Made by a program: the position numbers and the translations under genes. Positions 1 through 8,841 of a stretch of DNA of 64,000 nucleotides are shown in pieces. The stretch's first letter is position 1. Each line of letters starts with the position of its first letter. The DNA lies in NCBI GenBank assembly GCA_031459715.1, contig JAVKIA010000008.1, forward strand, positions 5,186-69,185. The letters are read 5' to 3'. The notes under the pieces were generated by a model. That model saw only the letters and a list, made by a program, of their open reading frames with translations, was not told the origin of the DNA and ran no database searches. This DNA is from Candidatus Humicultor tengchongensis (GTDB lineage Bacteria > Sysuimicrobiota > Sysuimicrobiia > Sysuimicrobiales > Humicultoraceae).

Positions 1-561
1 CTCGCGCAGACGGAGGAAGAAGTAGCGCCGGTTGTACAGCCCCGTCAGCTCGTCGGTGATGGCCAGGGTCCACATGCGGGACATCAGCTCGAAGTTGGAG
101 AGGATCCAGGCCAGTTGCGCGGCCACCACGGAGATGATCAGCAGGTCGTCCGGCGTGAAGTCCTCCGATCCGGAGAGCTTGCCCACGTTGAGCACGCCGA
201 CGATCCGCTCCCGGGCGCGGATAGGGATGACCATGGCCGAGCGCGGCCGGAAGTTCTTGCGCCGGGAGGCGATCTTCCCGATGATCAGCCGTGGCCGTCC
301 CTGCACGACCACCTCGCCGGCCGGCCCCTCGTGCAGGCCCACCCGCATGCCGGGCCGCACCTCCCGGTCCAGGCCGCGCGAGGCGACGATGGAGAGGGCG
401 TCCTCCTGGAGGAGCATGATCGACCCCTGGTCGGCGCCCAGCCACCCGAGAAGACGGTCGAGGTAGCGCTCCAGCGTCCCCTCCAGGTCTCCCCCGGGCA
501 CGAGCTCGGCGGCGGTGTCGATGACCCAGTTGAGTGCGGCGTTCAGACGGATGGGTTCCAA
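1..561 (-). CDS. GAF-GGDEF signalling protein, N-terminal part only (C-terminus lies beyond the window start)
   Basis: Hand translation of the minus strand (absent from the ORF track because there is no ATG). LNAALNWVIDTAAELV...GSIMLLQEDALSIVASRGLDREV...AMVIPIRARERIVGVLNVGKLSGSEDF has a GAF-like pattern. It is followed by ITDELTGLYNRRYFFLRLRE, the canonical start of a GGDEF domain. There is an in-frame TGA near 630, and TTG at 561 is the first plausible start (uncertain). Confidence 0.7.
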   Translation of the reverse strand, partial: MEPIRLNAALNWVIDTAAELVPGGDLEGTLERYLDRLLGWLGADQGSIMLLQEDALSIVASRGLDREVRPGMRVGLHEGPAGEVVVQGRPRLIIGKIASRRKNFRPRSAMVIPIRARERIVGVLNVGKLSGSEDFTPDDLLIISVVAAQLAWILSNFELMSRMWTLAITDELTGLYNRRYFFLRLRE

Positions 562-648
562 CCCACTGGTGGTATTCCCCCGCCCGCGCCGGGGTAGACA
601 TGGGCAAACGGCCCGGCCGCCGCGGCCTCAGGAGCGGACCCTGCAGCC

Positions 649-1551
649 TCAGGCCACAGGCTCGCCGGAGCGCAGATCGTCGGCGCTGACCACGGTGTTG
701 CCGCCGAGGCGGCGGGCCCGCAGCAGCGAGTCCTGCGCCGCCGCCAGCAGGGCCGGGGGGCGGTCGCCGTGCAGGGGGAAGGCGGCCAGCCCCACGGAGA
801 CGGTGAGGTGCTCCACCAGGGACGAGCGCGTCACCCCCTCCTGGGTTTCTGCGGCGGCGCGGATCCGCTCGGCTACCCGGCTGGCCCTCGCCAGGTCGGT
901 CTCCAGGAGGAGGACGGCCAGCGTGCCCCCCTCCAGCGGCAGGCGCAGGTCAACCTCCCGCGTGTGCCGGGTGACGATCTCGTGGACCATACCAAGGGCC
1001 GCCTCCGCCACCGCCGCTCCGTGGAGGCGCCAGCGCTCCTCGTACCCGTCCAGGTGCACCAGCAGCAGGGCCAGCGGGCGGCGAAAGCGCAGCGCGCGGC
1101 GGACCTCTTTGGACAGGTGTCGCTCCAGCTCCGCCGCTGGCTCCCCCGAGGGCTCACGCCGCGCCCACGCCTCCCGCGCCACTTCTACCAGCATGAGGTC
1201 GAACGCGGCGACCAAGCGGGCGTAAGGATCCCCCGACGCGGCTTTCAGGCGCGGACCCAGCAGGTGAGCCGCCTGTTCCCGCAGGGCCATCAGACCGCGC
1301 AGGATCTCGGGCAGGTCCGCCTCGCGCACAAGCAGTAGCACGCCCTCGCTGCCCGCCGCGGTGCGCAGCGCCGTCGGGTCTCCCGTCTGCAGGTAGCGGA
1401 CCAGACCGTCGATGGCGGCGCGGCCGGCCGCCTTCAGGTCGTGAACGGAACGGTGGGCGAATGCCGGAGCCTGCCGACCCAGGGACCGCGCCCACCCCTC
1501 CGCCAGGTGATCCTGCTCTTCCGCCAGCAGCGCAGCCAGGTCGGCACTCAC
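649..1551 (-). CDS. Degenerate GGDEF-domain protein (predicted non-catalytic) with an unassigned N-terminal domain
   Basis: The C-terminal half aligns to a GGDEF fold (RRPLALLLVHLDGYEERWRLHG ... VSVGLAAFP ... LLAAAQDSLLRARRLGGNTV). The signature is EGGTL/GGTLA instead of GG(D/E)EF. An RxxD (REVD) sits 5 residues upstream. Confidence 0.75.
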   Translation of the reverse strand: MSADLAALLAEEQDHLAEGWARSLGRQAPAFAHRSVHDLKAAGRAAIDGLVRYLQTGDPTALRTAAGSEGVLLLVREADLPEILRGLMALREQAAHLLGPRLKAASGDPYARLVAAFDLMLVEVAREAWARREPSGEPAAELERHLSKEVRRALRFRRPLALLLVHLDGYEERWRLHGAAVAEAALGMVHEIVTRHTREVDLRLPLEGGTLAVLLLETDLARASRVAERIRAAAETQEGVTRSSLVEHLTVSVGLAAFPLHGDRPPALLAAAQDSLLRARRLGGNTVVSADDLRSGEPVA

Positions 1552-1603
1552 ATGCGCCGGCCGCCTCAGTCCCCGGGGGAAGCTCTGCCCCGCCAGGCCA
1601 TAA

Positions 1604-2218
1604 CTACCGCTCCTCCGGCAGCACGAAGGTGTTGGAGGTCACGGCCAGCCGCAGCGTAGGCAGCTCCTGCACGGCCAGGGTGAACTGCGTCATGGCGATG
1701 AACCGCGGGAAGTTCTCCAGCCGGCGGAGGAAGGCCAGCACCCGGTCGAAGGACCCCTCGAACCCCAGCTCCAGGCGGAACTGGCGGTACGGCGGCGCCG
1801 GCTGCTGACCGGCAGCCTGCTGACCGGCAGCCTGCCCGGCGGGAGGGGCTGCGCCCGCCTGCTGCCCCGCCTGCGGCGCCTCCAGAGGGCCCGGGCGCAG
1901 CAGCGTCAGGGTCACCTCGCTCTCTGTGGCCACCGCCTGCATCTGCCGCAGCAGCGTGGGGATCTCCCGCGCCGGCGGCAGCTTGGCCTCGATGGCCGCA
2001 ATGCGCTGCTGGCGCGCCGCGTACTCCTGTTCCAGCGCCTGCCGCTGCGCGGCCACCTGCTGCATCTCGGCCAGGCGCGCCTGCCGCTGTTGCAGGGTCG
2101 CGCTCAACTGGGCACGTCGCGCCATCAGGGGCGTATAGGCCAGGAAGTAGAAGACGGCGATGATGGCGATGGTGACCAGGACGCTGAGGAGGAGACGTTC
2201 TCTCCCGCTGAATCTCAT
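1604..2218 (-). CDS. pilO: Type IV pilus assembly protein PilO
   Basis: N-terminal TM segment, coiled coil and ferredoxin-like C-terminus (FRLELGFEGSFDRVLAFLRRLENFPRFIAM). It overlaps the pilN stop by 4 nt. It contains a Q/A/G/P-rich insert. Confidence 0.85.
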   Translation of the reverse strand: MRFSGRERLLLSVLVTIAIIAVFYFLAYTPLMARRAQLSATLQQRQARLAEMQQVAAQRQALEQEYAARQQRIAAIEAKLPPAREIPTLLRQMQAVATESEVTLTLLRPGPLEAPQAGQQAGAAPPAGQAAGQQAAGQQPAPPYRQFRLELGFEGSFDRVLAFLRRLENFPRFIAMTQFTLAVQELPTLRLAVTSNTFVLPEER

Positions 2219-2775
2219 GGGCGACCCTCCGGCACTTGGCTGGGGCGGACCAGACGGCCGTTCACTGAGAACTTGACCACAGGGGTGGTGCCGACGCGGT
2301 CGCGCTCCGCCGTGGTCAGGTCCAGCCCTTCAAAGATCCCGGCGCTCTCCAGGTTGTCCATCAGCCGGGCGACGGCCACGTAGCTCATGCCGTACCCCTC
2401 CAGGGAGAAGGTACGGGTGTCGGGCACGGTGAGGGTGGTCAGCCAGACGTCGCGGGGGATGAGCACCCGGATATTGGTGAGGATGGCCGAAGCTGGGAGC
2501 TGGGTGGCCAGCAGCCGGGCCAGGAGGTCCTCCTTCCGTCGCGCCTCCTCGATCCGCTTCTTCAGCTCCTCCACCGCCTGCACCTGGGGCTGGAGGCGGG
2601 CGATCTCCGCCTCGGTCTCCTTGACCCTGCGGTCGAGGGCGGCAACTGAGGCCTGCAGGCCCAGGTAGTAGACGAGCACGGCGACCAGTACCACCAGGGG
2701 GACCCCGATCTCCAGCAGCGGCCGCCCGCTGATGCGCCGGCGCGGCGCCCGGGGCAGCAGGTTGATCCGAATCAC
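2215..2775 (-). CDS. pilN: Type IV pilus assembly protein PilN
   Basis: Begins MIRINLLPR, the INLLP hallmark. It has a single TM segment and a coiled coil, and overlaps pilM and pilO by 4 nt each. Confidence 0.88.
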   Translation of the reverse strand: MIRINLLPRAPRRRISGRPLLEIGVPLVVLVAVLVYYLGLQASVAALDRRVKETEAEIARLQPQVQAVEELKKRIEEARRKEDLLARLLATQLPASAILTNIRVLIPRDVWLTTLTVPDTRTFSLEGYGMSYVAVARLMDNLESAGIFEGLDLTTAERDRVGTTPVVKFSVNGRLVRPSQVPEGRP

Positions 2776-3854
2776 GCTTCCTCCCCCCCTCGTAACGCCA
2801 GTCCCACCGCCACCGACATGATGGGGCCCATGGCCGCCAGCACGTCCGGGGGAAAGACCGCGCTGTTCACCTGGAGGCCAGCGAAGGGATTGCCGATCTC
2901 TACGGGGATGCCCAGCTCCGCGGCCAGCACACGACTGAGGTTGCGCAGCCGGGCCAGGCCTCCGGTGAGGACGATCTGCGAGACCACGGCGGCGCGGGCG
3001 CGCGTCTGGTAGTAGTCCAGAGAGCGGCGGATCTCCGTAACCAGGTCCCCGATCTGCGGGGCGATAGTATCGTGGATGCGCTGCACGGTGAGGTCGTCGG
3101 GGATGACGTTCTCGTCCAGGATCTCGGCGCGCTCCTCCAGCATGGTCTTGGCCGTGGCCGCATCCACGCTCAGGGTCTCCTGCAGGGCGTGGATCAGGGT
3201 GTTCCCTCCCACGGGGATGTTACGGGTCAGCCGCAGGCGCTTGCCCTCGCTGATGACGATGTCGGAGGCCTCCGCCCCTAGGTCGATGTAGACCACCGTG
3301 CGCGTCTCCGCCCCGTTCGCGGCCAGGGAGCGAAAAAGGGCGAAGGACTCTACGTCCATGATCACCGGGGTGAGGCGCGCCGCCTCCACCGTCTCCACCA
3401 GGCGCTGCACCACGTCGCGGCGGGTGGCCACGACGATCACGTCCAGCATCTTGCGGCCGTCCTCGCTGCTCTCCCCCATGACCTGGTAGTCCATGTGCAC
3501 GTCCTGCACATTGTAAGGCAGGTAGCGCTCCGCCTCGTAACGCACCGCGGCGGTTAATTCCTGAGAAGTCATGGGGGGAACGCGGACTTCGCGCACGGTG
3601 ACGTTCTGCCCCCCGGCGCCGACGACCACGCGATCGGCGCGGATGCCCGCCTTGTCCACCAGCGCCCGGATCTGGGCGCCAACCTGGTCGGGGGCGACGG
3701 GAACTCCGTCACGGAACGCGGCGGCGGGCGAGGGAGCGCTGGCCATGCGGGCCAGGTGGAAGGTCCGCCCGGTGCGGGTCAACTCCACGACCTTCAGCCG
3801 GTCGCTGCCGATGTCCAGTCCTACCAGGGTCGGAGAGGGTTTGAAGAAGCCCAT
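2772..3854 (-). CDS. pilM: Type IV pilus assembly ATPase-like protein PilM
   Basis: Actin-like fold motifs (LVGLDIGSDRLKVVEL, VYIDLGAEASDIVI, IVLTGGLARL). ATG at 3854 is preceded by GGAAAGGCGG. The 49-codon upstream extension in the track (to 4001) has no SD. Confidence 0.9.
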   Translation of the reverse strand: MGFFKPSPTLVGLDIGSDRLKVVELTRTGRTFHLARMASAPSPAAAFRDGVPVAPDQVGAQIRALVDKAGIRADRVVVGAGGQNVTVREVRVPPMTSQELTAAVRYEAERYLPYNVQDVHMDYQVMGESSEDGRKMLDVIVVATRRDVVQRLVETVEAARLTPVIMDVESFALFRSLAANGAETRTVVYIDLGAEASDIVISEGKRLRLTRNIPVGGNTLIHALQETLSVDAATAKTMLEERAEILDENVIPDDLTVQRIHDTIAPQIGDLVTEIRRSLDYYQTRARAAVVSQIVLTGGLARLRNLSRVLAAELGIPVEIGNPFAGLQVNSAVFPPDVLAAMGPIMSVAVGLALRGGEEA

Positions 3855-4033
3855 ATGGCGACCGCCTTTCCGGTCTGTTGTGACCCTGAATAATTCGACA
3901 GCCAGGGCAAAAGCCCTGCGGCCCGGGCCGCTGCCCACACCCCTTCCCGCCGGGAGGAGCCACATTGGGCACTCCCTGCGGGGAGGGGCCGCACTGAGCA
4001 TCCTACCCCGTGCCCGGTTGCGCTAGACGCTTC

Positions 4034-4534
4034 CTACTGTGGGGCGATGGTCACCCGGCCGCCCACGTTGACCGTGACCCGGCGCTGCTCGCCTGCGGGG
4101 CTGCGCAGCAGGACGGTGCCGGCATTGGGATGGCCGAACGGGGAGACAGTGAGGATGCCTCCGCCGAAGGTGGTGCTCTGGAGGTCCACGCCGGTGGGAA
4201 GGCGGCGGGGCGCGGAGGTGTACCCCGACCAGCTCCCCCGGCACCCGCCAGAGGGCGTCCACCTTCCCCCTTCCAGGTATTGAATCGCGTAGCTCTCCTC
4301 ACCCGGGTCGAACACCACCCGCCAGCAGCGCCGCTCCGTCCGTGCCCGCTGCTCCACCCAGCGGATGTCCGTCCCCAGGGCTCGGGCCGCCCCGGCCAGC
4401 CGACGGTTGTAGACCAGCCCGCGCCCGGAGAGCGCCAGGGCCAGGGCCAGGCCCACAATCCCCACGGCCACGGCACTCTCCACCAGCGAGAAGCGTTCTG
4501 TTCCTCCTCTGGCAAACCAGACCTTCCCTCTCAA
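4034..4534 (-). CDS. GspH/FimT-like minor pseudopilin (set A) with a non-canonical prepilin signal
   Basis: TTG at 4534 lies 8 nt after GGAGGA. The N-terminus is MRGKVWFARGGTERFSLVESAVAVGIVGLALALA (hydrophobic helix with Glu). The C-terminal GspH-like beta region ends ...RRVTVNVGGRVTIAPQ. The track's longer 295-aa ORF is rejected. Confidence 0.7.
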   Translation of the reverse strand: MRGKVWFARGGTERFSLVESAVAVGIVGLALALALSGRGLVYNRRLAGAARALGTDIRWVEQRARTERRCWRVVFDPGEESYAIQYLEGGRWTPSGGCRGSWSGYTSAPRRLPTGVDLQSTTFGGGILTVSPFGHPNAGTVLLRSPAGEQRRVTVNVGGRVTIAPQ

Positions 4535-4632
4535 GCTGCGTATCCTCCAGGTGGTCGCCCTCCCTGCGGGAGGCCCTCTGCCTTGGCCCCTCGGTCCTTC
4601 CGGCACTTCACACCCCGCAGCGCACACACCTC

Positions 4633-5454
4633 CTACCAGTGGGCCAGCTCCTCCCAGAGCGGGCGGTCGTAGAGCACGTCGGGGGAGAGCCGGGGGAAGC
4701 GCGGGGCGGCGTATCCTCCGGGTGCTCCGTCGTCGGAAGAAGCGGCGACGATCAGCAGCTGGAACCCGTGGTTCGGTGGCGGCGTGTCGAAGGCCGCGGA
4801 CCCTGGAGAGCGGGTGCCCAACCAGGCGCCGCACCCGGCCAGGTTCCCGGGGTTCTTCAGGCAGACGGTACGGGCCGCGTTGCCCGCCCCGCCCGTGGCC
4901 ACGATGAAGTAGTCGAACCACATCCGGTAGGCCTCCTCGCTGCCGGAGGTGCAGGTGTTGGCGGCGGGAGGAAGACCGTTATCTGCGGGCCGCACGTAGA
5001 TCCTGGCGTAGAAGGACCCCAGGGCCTCGCCATCCGCAGCCCGTACGTGGACTGGCGCGCTGGAGGTGCCCACGTCCAGGTAGGCCCGCCGGGTCCCCGG
5101 GGCGGCGGCGTCTTCGTCTACCCATCCGGGCCCGCCGTAGGCGGCGATGACCTCCCAGCCCCGGTTGGCCACGCAGGAGCCGCGAAGGAGCGCCCGATCG
5201 GCAGAGCGGACGGCGGCATCGAGGTCGGCGGAGAGGCGGCGGCGCAGCTCGGCCAGGGCGCGGTATGCGCCCGCCTCCGCCAGGTATAGAGCCTGGCTGC
5301 CGCGCCGCTGGTCAAGGGCGTGTACTGTCTCCCCCATAGTCGCCAGTACCAGCGCCGTCACCACCACCGTGAGGAGGAAGACGACCACCATGGCGCTGGC
5401 TAACGCTGCTCCCCTCTGCCCTCCACGCATCCGATGGCCGCTCCTGGGCTGCAT
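4633..5454 (-). CDS. PilX-N-domain minor pilin / pilus assembly protein (set A)
   Basis: MQPRSGHRMRGGQRGAALASAMVVVFLLTVVVTALVLATMGETVHALDQRRGSQALYLAEAGAY matches the PilX N-terminal pattern. ATG at 5454 follows GGGGAG. An alternative ATG lies at 5430. Confidence 0.7.
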   Translation of the reverse strand: MQPRSGHRMRGGQRGAALASAMVVVFLLTVVVTALVLATMGETVHALDQRRGSQALYLAEAGAYRALAELRRRLSADLDAAVRSADRALLRGSCVANRGWEVIAAYGGPGWVDEDAAAPGTRRAYLDVGTSSAPVHVRAADGEALGSFYARIYVRPADNGLPPAANTCTSGSEEAYRMWFDYFIVATGGAGNAARTVCLKNPGNLAGCGAWLGTRSPGSAAFDTPPPNHGFQLLIVAASSDDGAPGGYAAPRFPRLSPDVLYDRPLWEELAHW

Positions 5455-5480
5455 CTCCGGCTCCCCGCAAGACTCTCCCG

Positions 5481-6029
5481 CTACTCCCGGTGCCACGCCC
5501 CTCTGATCAACGCCGAGGTCACGCGTGCCGCCGGCCGGTCCTCGTCCCGGAAGAACACCTCCACGGTGACCCAGCGCACCCGGTTGTCCTGGGCGACAGC
5601 GGCGTCTGTAGCGCAGTCGGGCGCATACCCCGGCTGCGTCCCGCACCCCGCCCGCGGCCACTCCACCGACCAGCAGGGAAGCAGCAGGTCCTCCTGTCCC
5701 CCTGATGCGGCTACCGCCTGCTCGTTCAGCGTCACCCGATAGCTGTAGGCTCCGTGGGGCGGGGCAAGCGCCGTCGGCGGCTGCGTCGCTACATCACAGA
5801 AGGCCTTCCGCCAGCTTGTCCGGTCGGGCCGTGCCTCCACCCGCGAGCGGATCGCCTCCATCTGCCGCGCCGCCAGGGCCGAGGCCACCGTCACCCGCCC
5901 ACCCCACCCGGTGACGGTGAGCACGGTGACCAGGGCGCGGGTCGCCAGCAGGACCACTGTCGCCAGCAGCGTCAGGGCCACCAGGACCTCCACGATGGTG
6001 AAACCTGCCCTCCCCCGCACGGCCGCCAT
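5481..6029 (-). CDS. PilV-like prepilin-type minor pilin (set A)
   Basis: MAAVRGRAG|FTIVEVLVALTLLATVVL is a canonical type IV prepilin cleavage/methylation motif (G|FT.VE). The ATG is at 6029. Confidence 0.8.
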   Translation of the reverse strand: MAAVRGRAGFTIVEVLVALTLLATVVLLATRALVTVLTVTGWGGRVTVASALAARQMEAIRSRVEARPDRTSWRKAFCDVATQPPTALAPPHGAYSYRVTLNEQAVAASGGQEDLLLPCWSVEWPRAGCGTQPGYAPDCATDAAVAQDNRVRWVTVEVFFRDEDRPAARVTSALIRGAWHRE

Positions 6030-6088
6030 GCTGAAGCCGGCCCTGCGCCGCACGGCCCCCGTCGAGCCCAATCCCCCTTGTCGCACAG

Positions 6089-6127
6089 CCCTGTCCCACA
6101 CCCCTGTCCCACACCCCTGTCCCACAG
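6089..6127. repeat. Three tandem 13-bp direct repeats CCCTGTCCCACAC (the last copy ends in G)
   Basis: Read directly at 6089-6101, 6102-6114 and 6115-6127. They lie in the divergent intergenic region between minor-pilin set A (minus) and the GT-C gene at 6263 (plus). Confidence 0.95.
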
Positions 6128-6262
6128 GCCCTCACCCGGGAGCATCTCCCGTACCTCATAACGGCAACCGGACCGGATCTTTCGGGGGTCTCGCTCTGGG
6201 GGACTTCAGCACCTTTCCGTCGAATCTCTGCCGGCGAGGATCTGCCCTCCCATGCCGCTGCG

Positions 6263-7510
6263 GTGCCTGCCCTTGCGCCCCGTGACGTTTCCCCCGCCCA
6301 CCCGCTCCCTCACCCTCGCCCGGTGAGCGCAGCCGCAGACGACGGACCGCACCCGCACGCTGCCGGGCGCCGGTGGCTGGAGCCTGCCGCCGTCCTGGTC
6401 GTGGTGCTTGCGGTCTACCTGGCCGCCACGCCGCGCACCAACCAGGCCTACCGGCACTTCGTGTACATGGCCAGGGGCTTTCTGCAGGGGCGCGTGGACC
6501 TTCCGGGCGTTCCGGCCTACTACCACGACGTCATCCACCTGGGCGGGCGGACGTACGCGCCGTTCCCGCCGGTTCCGGCCCTCCTGCTCCTTCCTGCGGT
6601 GGCCCTGTGGGGAGAGGCGACAGACCAGGGCCGGGTGGGGCAGACGGTGGCGGCCCTGGCTGTCGCCGTCTTCGTTGCCGCTCTGCGGCGGATGGGCATC
6701 CCACCGGCTGTCCGCCTCTTCTGCGGCGCCGCTTTGGCCTTTGGCAGTGTCCTGTGGCCGGCAGCCGCCATCGGCACCACCTGGTTCTTCGCCCAGGAGG
6801 TCGTGGTGCTGGCCACGGCACTCCTGGTCTGGGAACTGGCCGGCGGCGCACGTCCATTTGTCCTGAGCGCCGTGGCGGTGGGAGGCTGGCTCACCCGCGT
6901 CACCGTCCTGCTGGCTGCACCGGCGCTTGGGCTGCTGCTCTGGCTGAGGCACCGACGGCCGGCGGCGGTAGTTGCCTTCCTGGCGGCAAACGCCGCGGGG
7001 GCGCTGGTCTACCTGACCTACAACCTGCTGCGCTTCGGCGACCCCCTGCAGACCGGTTACGGTATGCTGTCCATGGCCGCGCCCAATGCACAGGCCGTGG
7101 CGCGGTGGGGGTTCTTCAACCTGCGCTACGTCCCCCAGCACCTCTACGCCATGCTCCTTCGCCCGCCCGAGCTCATGCCCACCCCGCCCTACCTGCGGCC
7201 CTCCCCGTGGGGGATGTCCCTGCTCCTCACCAGCCCCTTCGTTGTCCGCCTGCTCTTCCCCCACAGCCGTGCGGGATGGGCCAGGTGGGCCACCCTCGTG
7301 GGCTGCATGGCCCTGCCCATGCTCCTGTACTTCTCCGTGGGGTGGGTGCAGTTCGGCTACCGTTACAGCCTCGACTGGTGGGTCTTCCTCCTGGTGATGC
7401 TGGCCGTGGCCCTGGGCGACCGTCCCCGGCCGGTGGATTACGCCCTGCTGGCGCTGTCGGTGGCGATGAACGGGCTTGGGGTCTACTGGGTACGGGTCCT
7501 GGGATGGTGA
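6263..7510 (+). CDS. GT-C-fold integral membrane glycosyltransferase (ArnT/PMT_2-like)
   Basis: About 11 predicted TM helices and a membrane-protein composition distinct from the shadow frames. The stop overlaps the next start (ATGGTGA). Confidence 0.65.
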   Translation: MPALAPRDVSPAHPLPHPRPVSAAADDGPHPHAAGRRWLEPAAVLVVVLAVYLAATPRTNQAYRHFVYMARGFLQGRVDLPGVPAYYHDVIHLGGRTYAPFPPVPALLLLPAVALWGEATDQGRVGQTVAALAVAVFVAALRRMGIPPAVRLFCGAALAFGSVLWPAAAIGTTWFFAQEVVVLATALLVWELAGGARPFVLSAVAVGGWLTRVTVLLAAPALGLLLWLRHRRPAAVVAFLAANAAGALVYLTYNLLRFGDPLQTGYGMLSMAAPNAQAVARWGFFNLRYVPQHLYAMLLRPPELMPTPPYLRPSPWGMSLLLTSPFVVRLLFPHSRAGWARWATLVGCMALPMLLYFSVGWVQFGYRYSLDWWVFLLVMLAVALGDRPRPVDYALLALSVAMNGLGVYWVRVLGW

Positions 7511-8841
7511 GGGCCGGCGGGGGCAAAGCGATGAAGCAGTTGCCAGGGACGTGGCGACAGATCGACGGCGACGAGCCGCTGGTGGCGGGTGCCCCCGCTG
7601 CGCCGGAGGTGCGCCTGTGGTGGGCGCTGGTGGTGCTGGCGGCGCTGGTGCGCACAGTGGTCATGCCCTACGGCGGCTTTCCCAGCGACATCGCCACCTT
7701 CAAGGGCTGGGCCGCGGCCCTTGCCCAGCGCGGCCCGCGGGGGTTCTACGGGACGGATTTCGCCGACTACCTGCCGGGCTACCTTTACGTCCTCTGGCTG
7801 ATCGGCGCGCTGCACGCGCACCTGCGCTTCAATGACCAGGCGCTGCTATTCCTGCTCAAGCTGCCGGCGGCGGCGGCCGACCTTCTGGGCGCCGCGCTGC
7901 TGCGGCGGGTGGCCGGGCGGTTCACCTCGTCCCGCACCGCTCTCCTGCTGGCGGTCCTCTACCTCTTCCACCCCGCACTTGTCTTCACGGGATCCTACTG
8001 GGGACAGTCGGACAGCGCAGGCGCCCTGCTGGCCCTGGCCGCCCTCGCCCTCTTCCTTCGCGGCGACCCCCTGGCCTGGAGCGCGGGGGCCGCCGCCTTC
8101 CTGGTCAAGCCGCAGACGGGGCCGTTGCTCGCGGTGCTGGGGACGGCCCTGCTCCGCCGGACGCTGCTGCCGCCCGGCCGGACGGTGGGGTTCCGCCCGC
8201 GTCCGGACCTCGTCCTGGGCGCCGCGCTCATCGCCGCGATGACCACCGCGGTGCTGGGCGCGCCCTTCAGGGTGGGGCCGGGGAGGCTGGCCGCGCTGGT
8301 GCGCAACGCGCTCGGCGTCTACCCCTACGGCAGCGTGGTGGCCTTCAACCTCTGGGGCGCGGTGCAGGGCTTCTGGCGCAGTGACGCCGAGCGGCTGGCC
8401 GGGCTGCCTCTGGCCCTGTGGGGGAGCCTGTTCAGCACTGCGGGTGTGGCCGTGGTCCTGGCCGGGACATGGCGCCGGCCCACCGATCGCGGGGTGGTCC
8501 TGGCCGCGGCAACCGTGCTGGTGGCCACGTTCCTGTTGCCCACGCGCGTCCACGAGCGCTACCTGCTTCCTGCACTGCCCTTCCTGGCCCTTGGTCCGGC
8601 GGTGGACCGGCGTATGTGGGGACCCTACATCACCCTGAGCGGGCTCCTCCTGGTGAATCTGGTGTACGCCTACAGCCGGCCCTACCTGCAGACCTTCACC
8701 CTGCCAGCCTGGATCGAAGGGACGCTGTTCAGCGACCCGGCCACGCGGGCGTGGAGCGCCCTGGCCCTGCTTGGGCTCCCCTGGCTGCTCTGGATCCTGT
8801 GGCGTCCGCGGGCGCCCGGCCAGGTTTACGGCGCCTGGTAG
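7504..8841 (+). CDS. GT-C-fold integral membrane glycosyl/mannosyltransferase-like protein
   Basis: This is the real part of track ORF 6373..8841. YGGFPSDIATFKGWAAALAQRGPRGFYGTDFADYLPGYLYVLWL is followed by many TM helices. ATG at 7504 is coupled to the upstream stop, and an alternative ATG lies at 7531. Confidence 0.65.
   Translation: MVRAGGGKAMKQLPGTWRQIDGDEPLVAGAPAAPEVRLWWALVVLAALVRTVVMPYGGFPSDIATFKGWAAALAQRGPRGFYGTDFADYLPGYLYVLWLIGALHAHLRFNDQALLFLLKLPAAAADLLGAALLRRVAGRFTSSRTALLLAVLYLFHPALVFTGSYWGQSDSAGALLALAALALFLRGDPLAWSAGAAAFLVKPQTGPLLAVLGTALLRRTLLPPGRTVGFRPRPDLVLGAALIAAMTTAVLGAPFRVGPGRLAALVRNALGVYPYGSVVAFNLWGAVQGFWRSDAERLAGLPLALWGSLFSTAGVAVVLAGTWRRPTDRGVVLAAATVLVATFLLPTRVHERYLLPALPFLALGPAVDRRMWGPYITLSGLLLVNLVYAYSRPYLQTFTLPAWIEGTLFSDPATRAWSALALLGLPWLLWILWRPRAPGQVYGAW

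Noticed and set aside
3903-3931. Small GC hairpins (GCGGC-CCGG-GCCGC and CAGGGC-TTTT-GCCCTG) between minor-pilin set A and pilM, as a possible terminator or promoter region.
   Set aside because: The stems are short and the only T-run is a loop rather than a tail. No convincing -35/-10 or -24/-12 boxes were found in 3855-4033.
6373-7503. The 5' 377 codons of the 822-aa track ORF 6373..8841, and other long ORFs overlapping real genes. Examples: 7846..9630(-), 6206..7264(-), 15346..16797(+), 32279..33982(+), 34514..36256(+), 53838..56306(+), 61319..63253(-), 29379..30722(+), 36530..37396(-).
   Set aside because: These are Arg/Gly/Pro/Ala/His-rich products with no motifs. They lie in alternative frames or antisense to genes with clear family signatures. 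They are typical open shadow frames of a roughly 70% GC genome.
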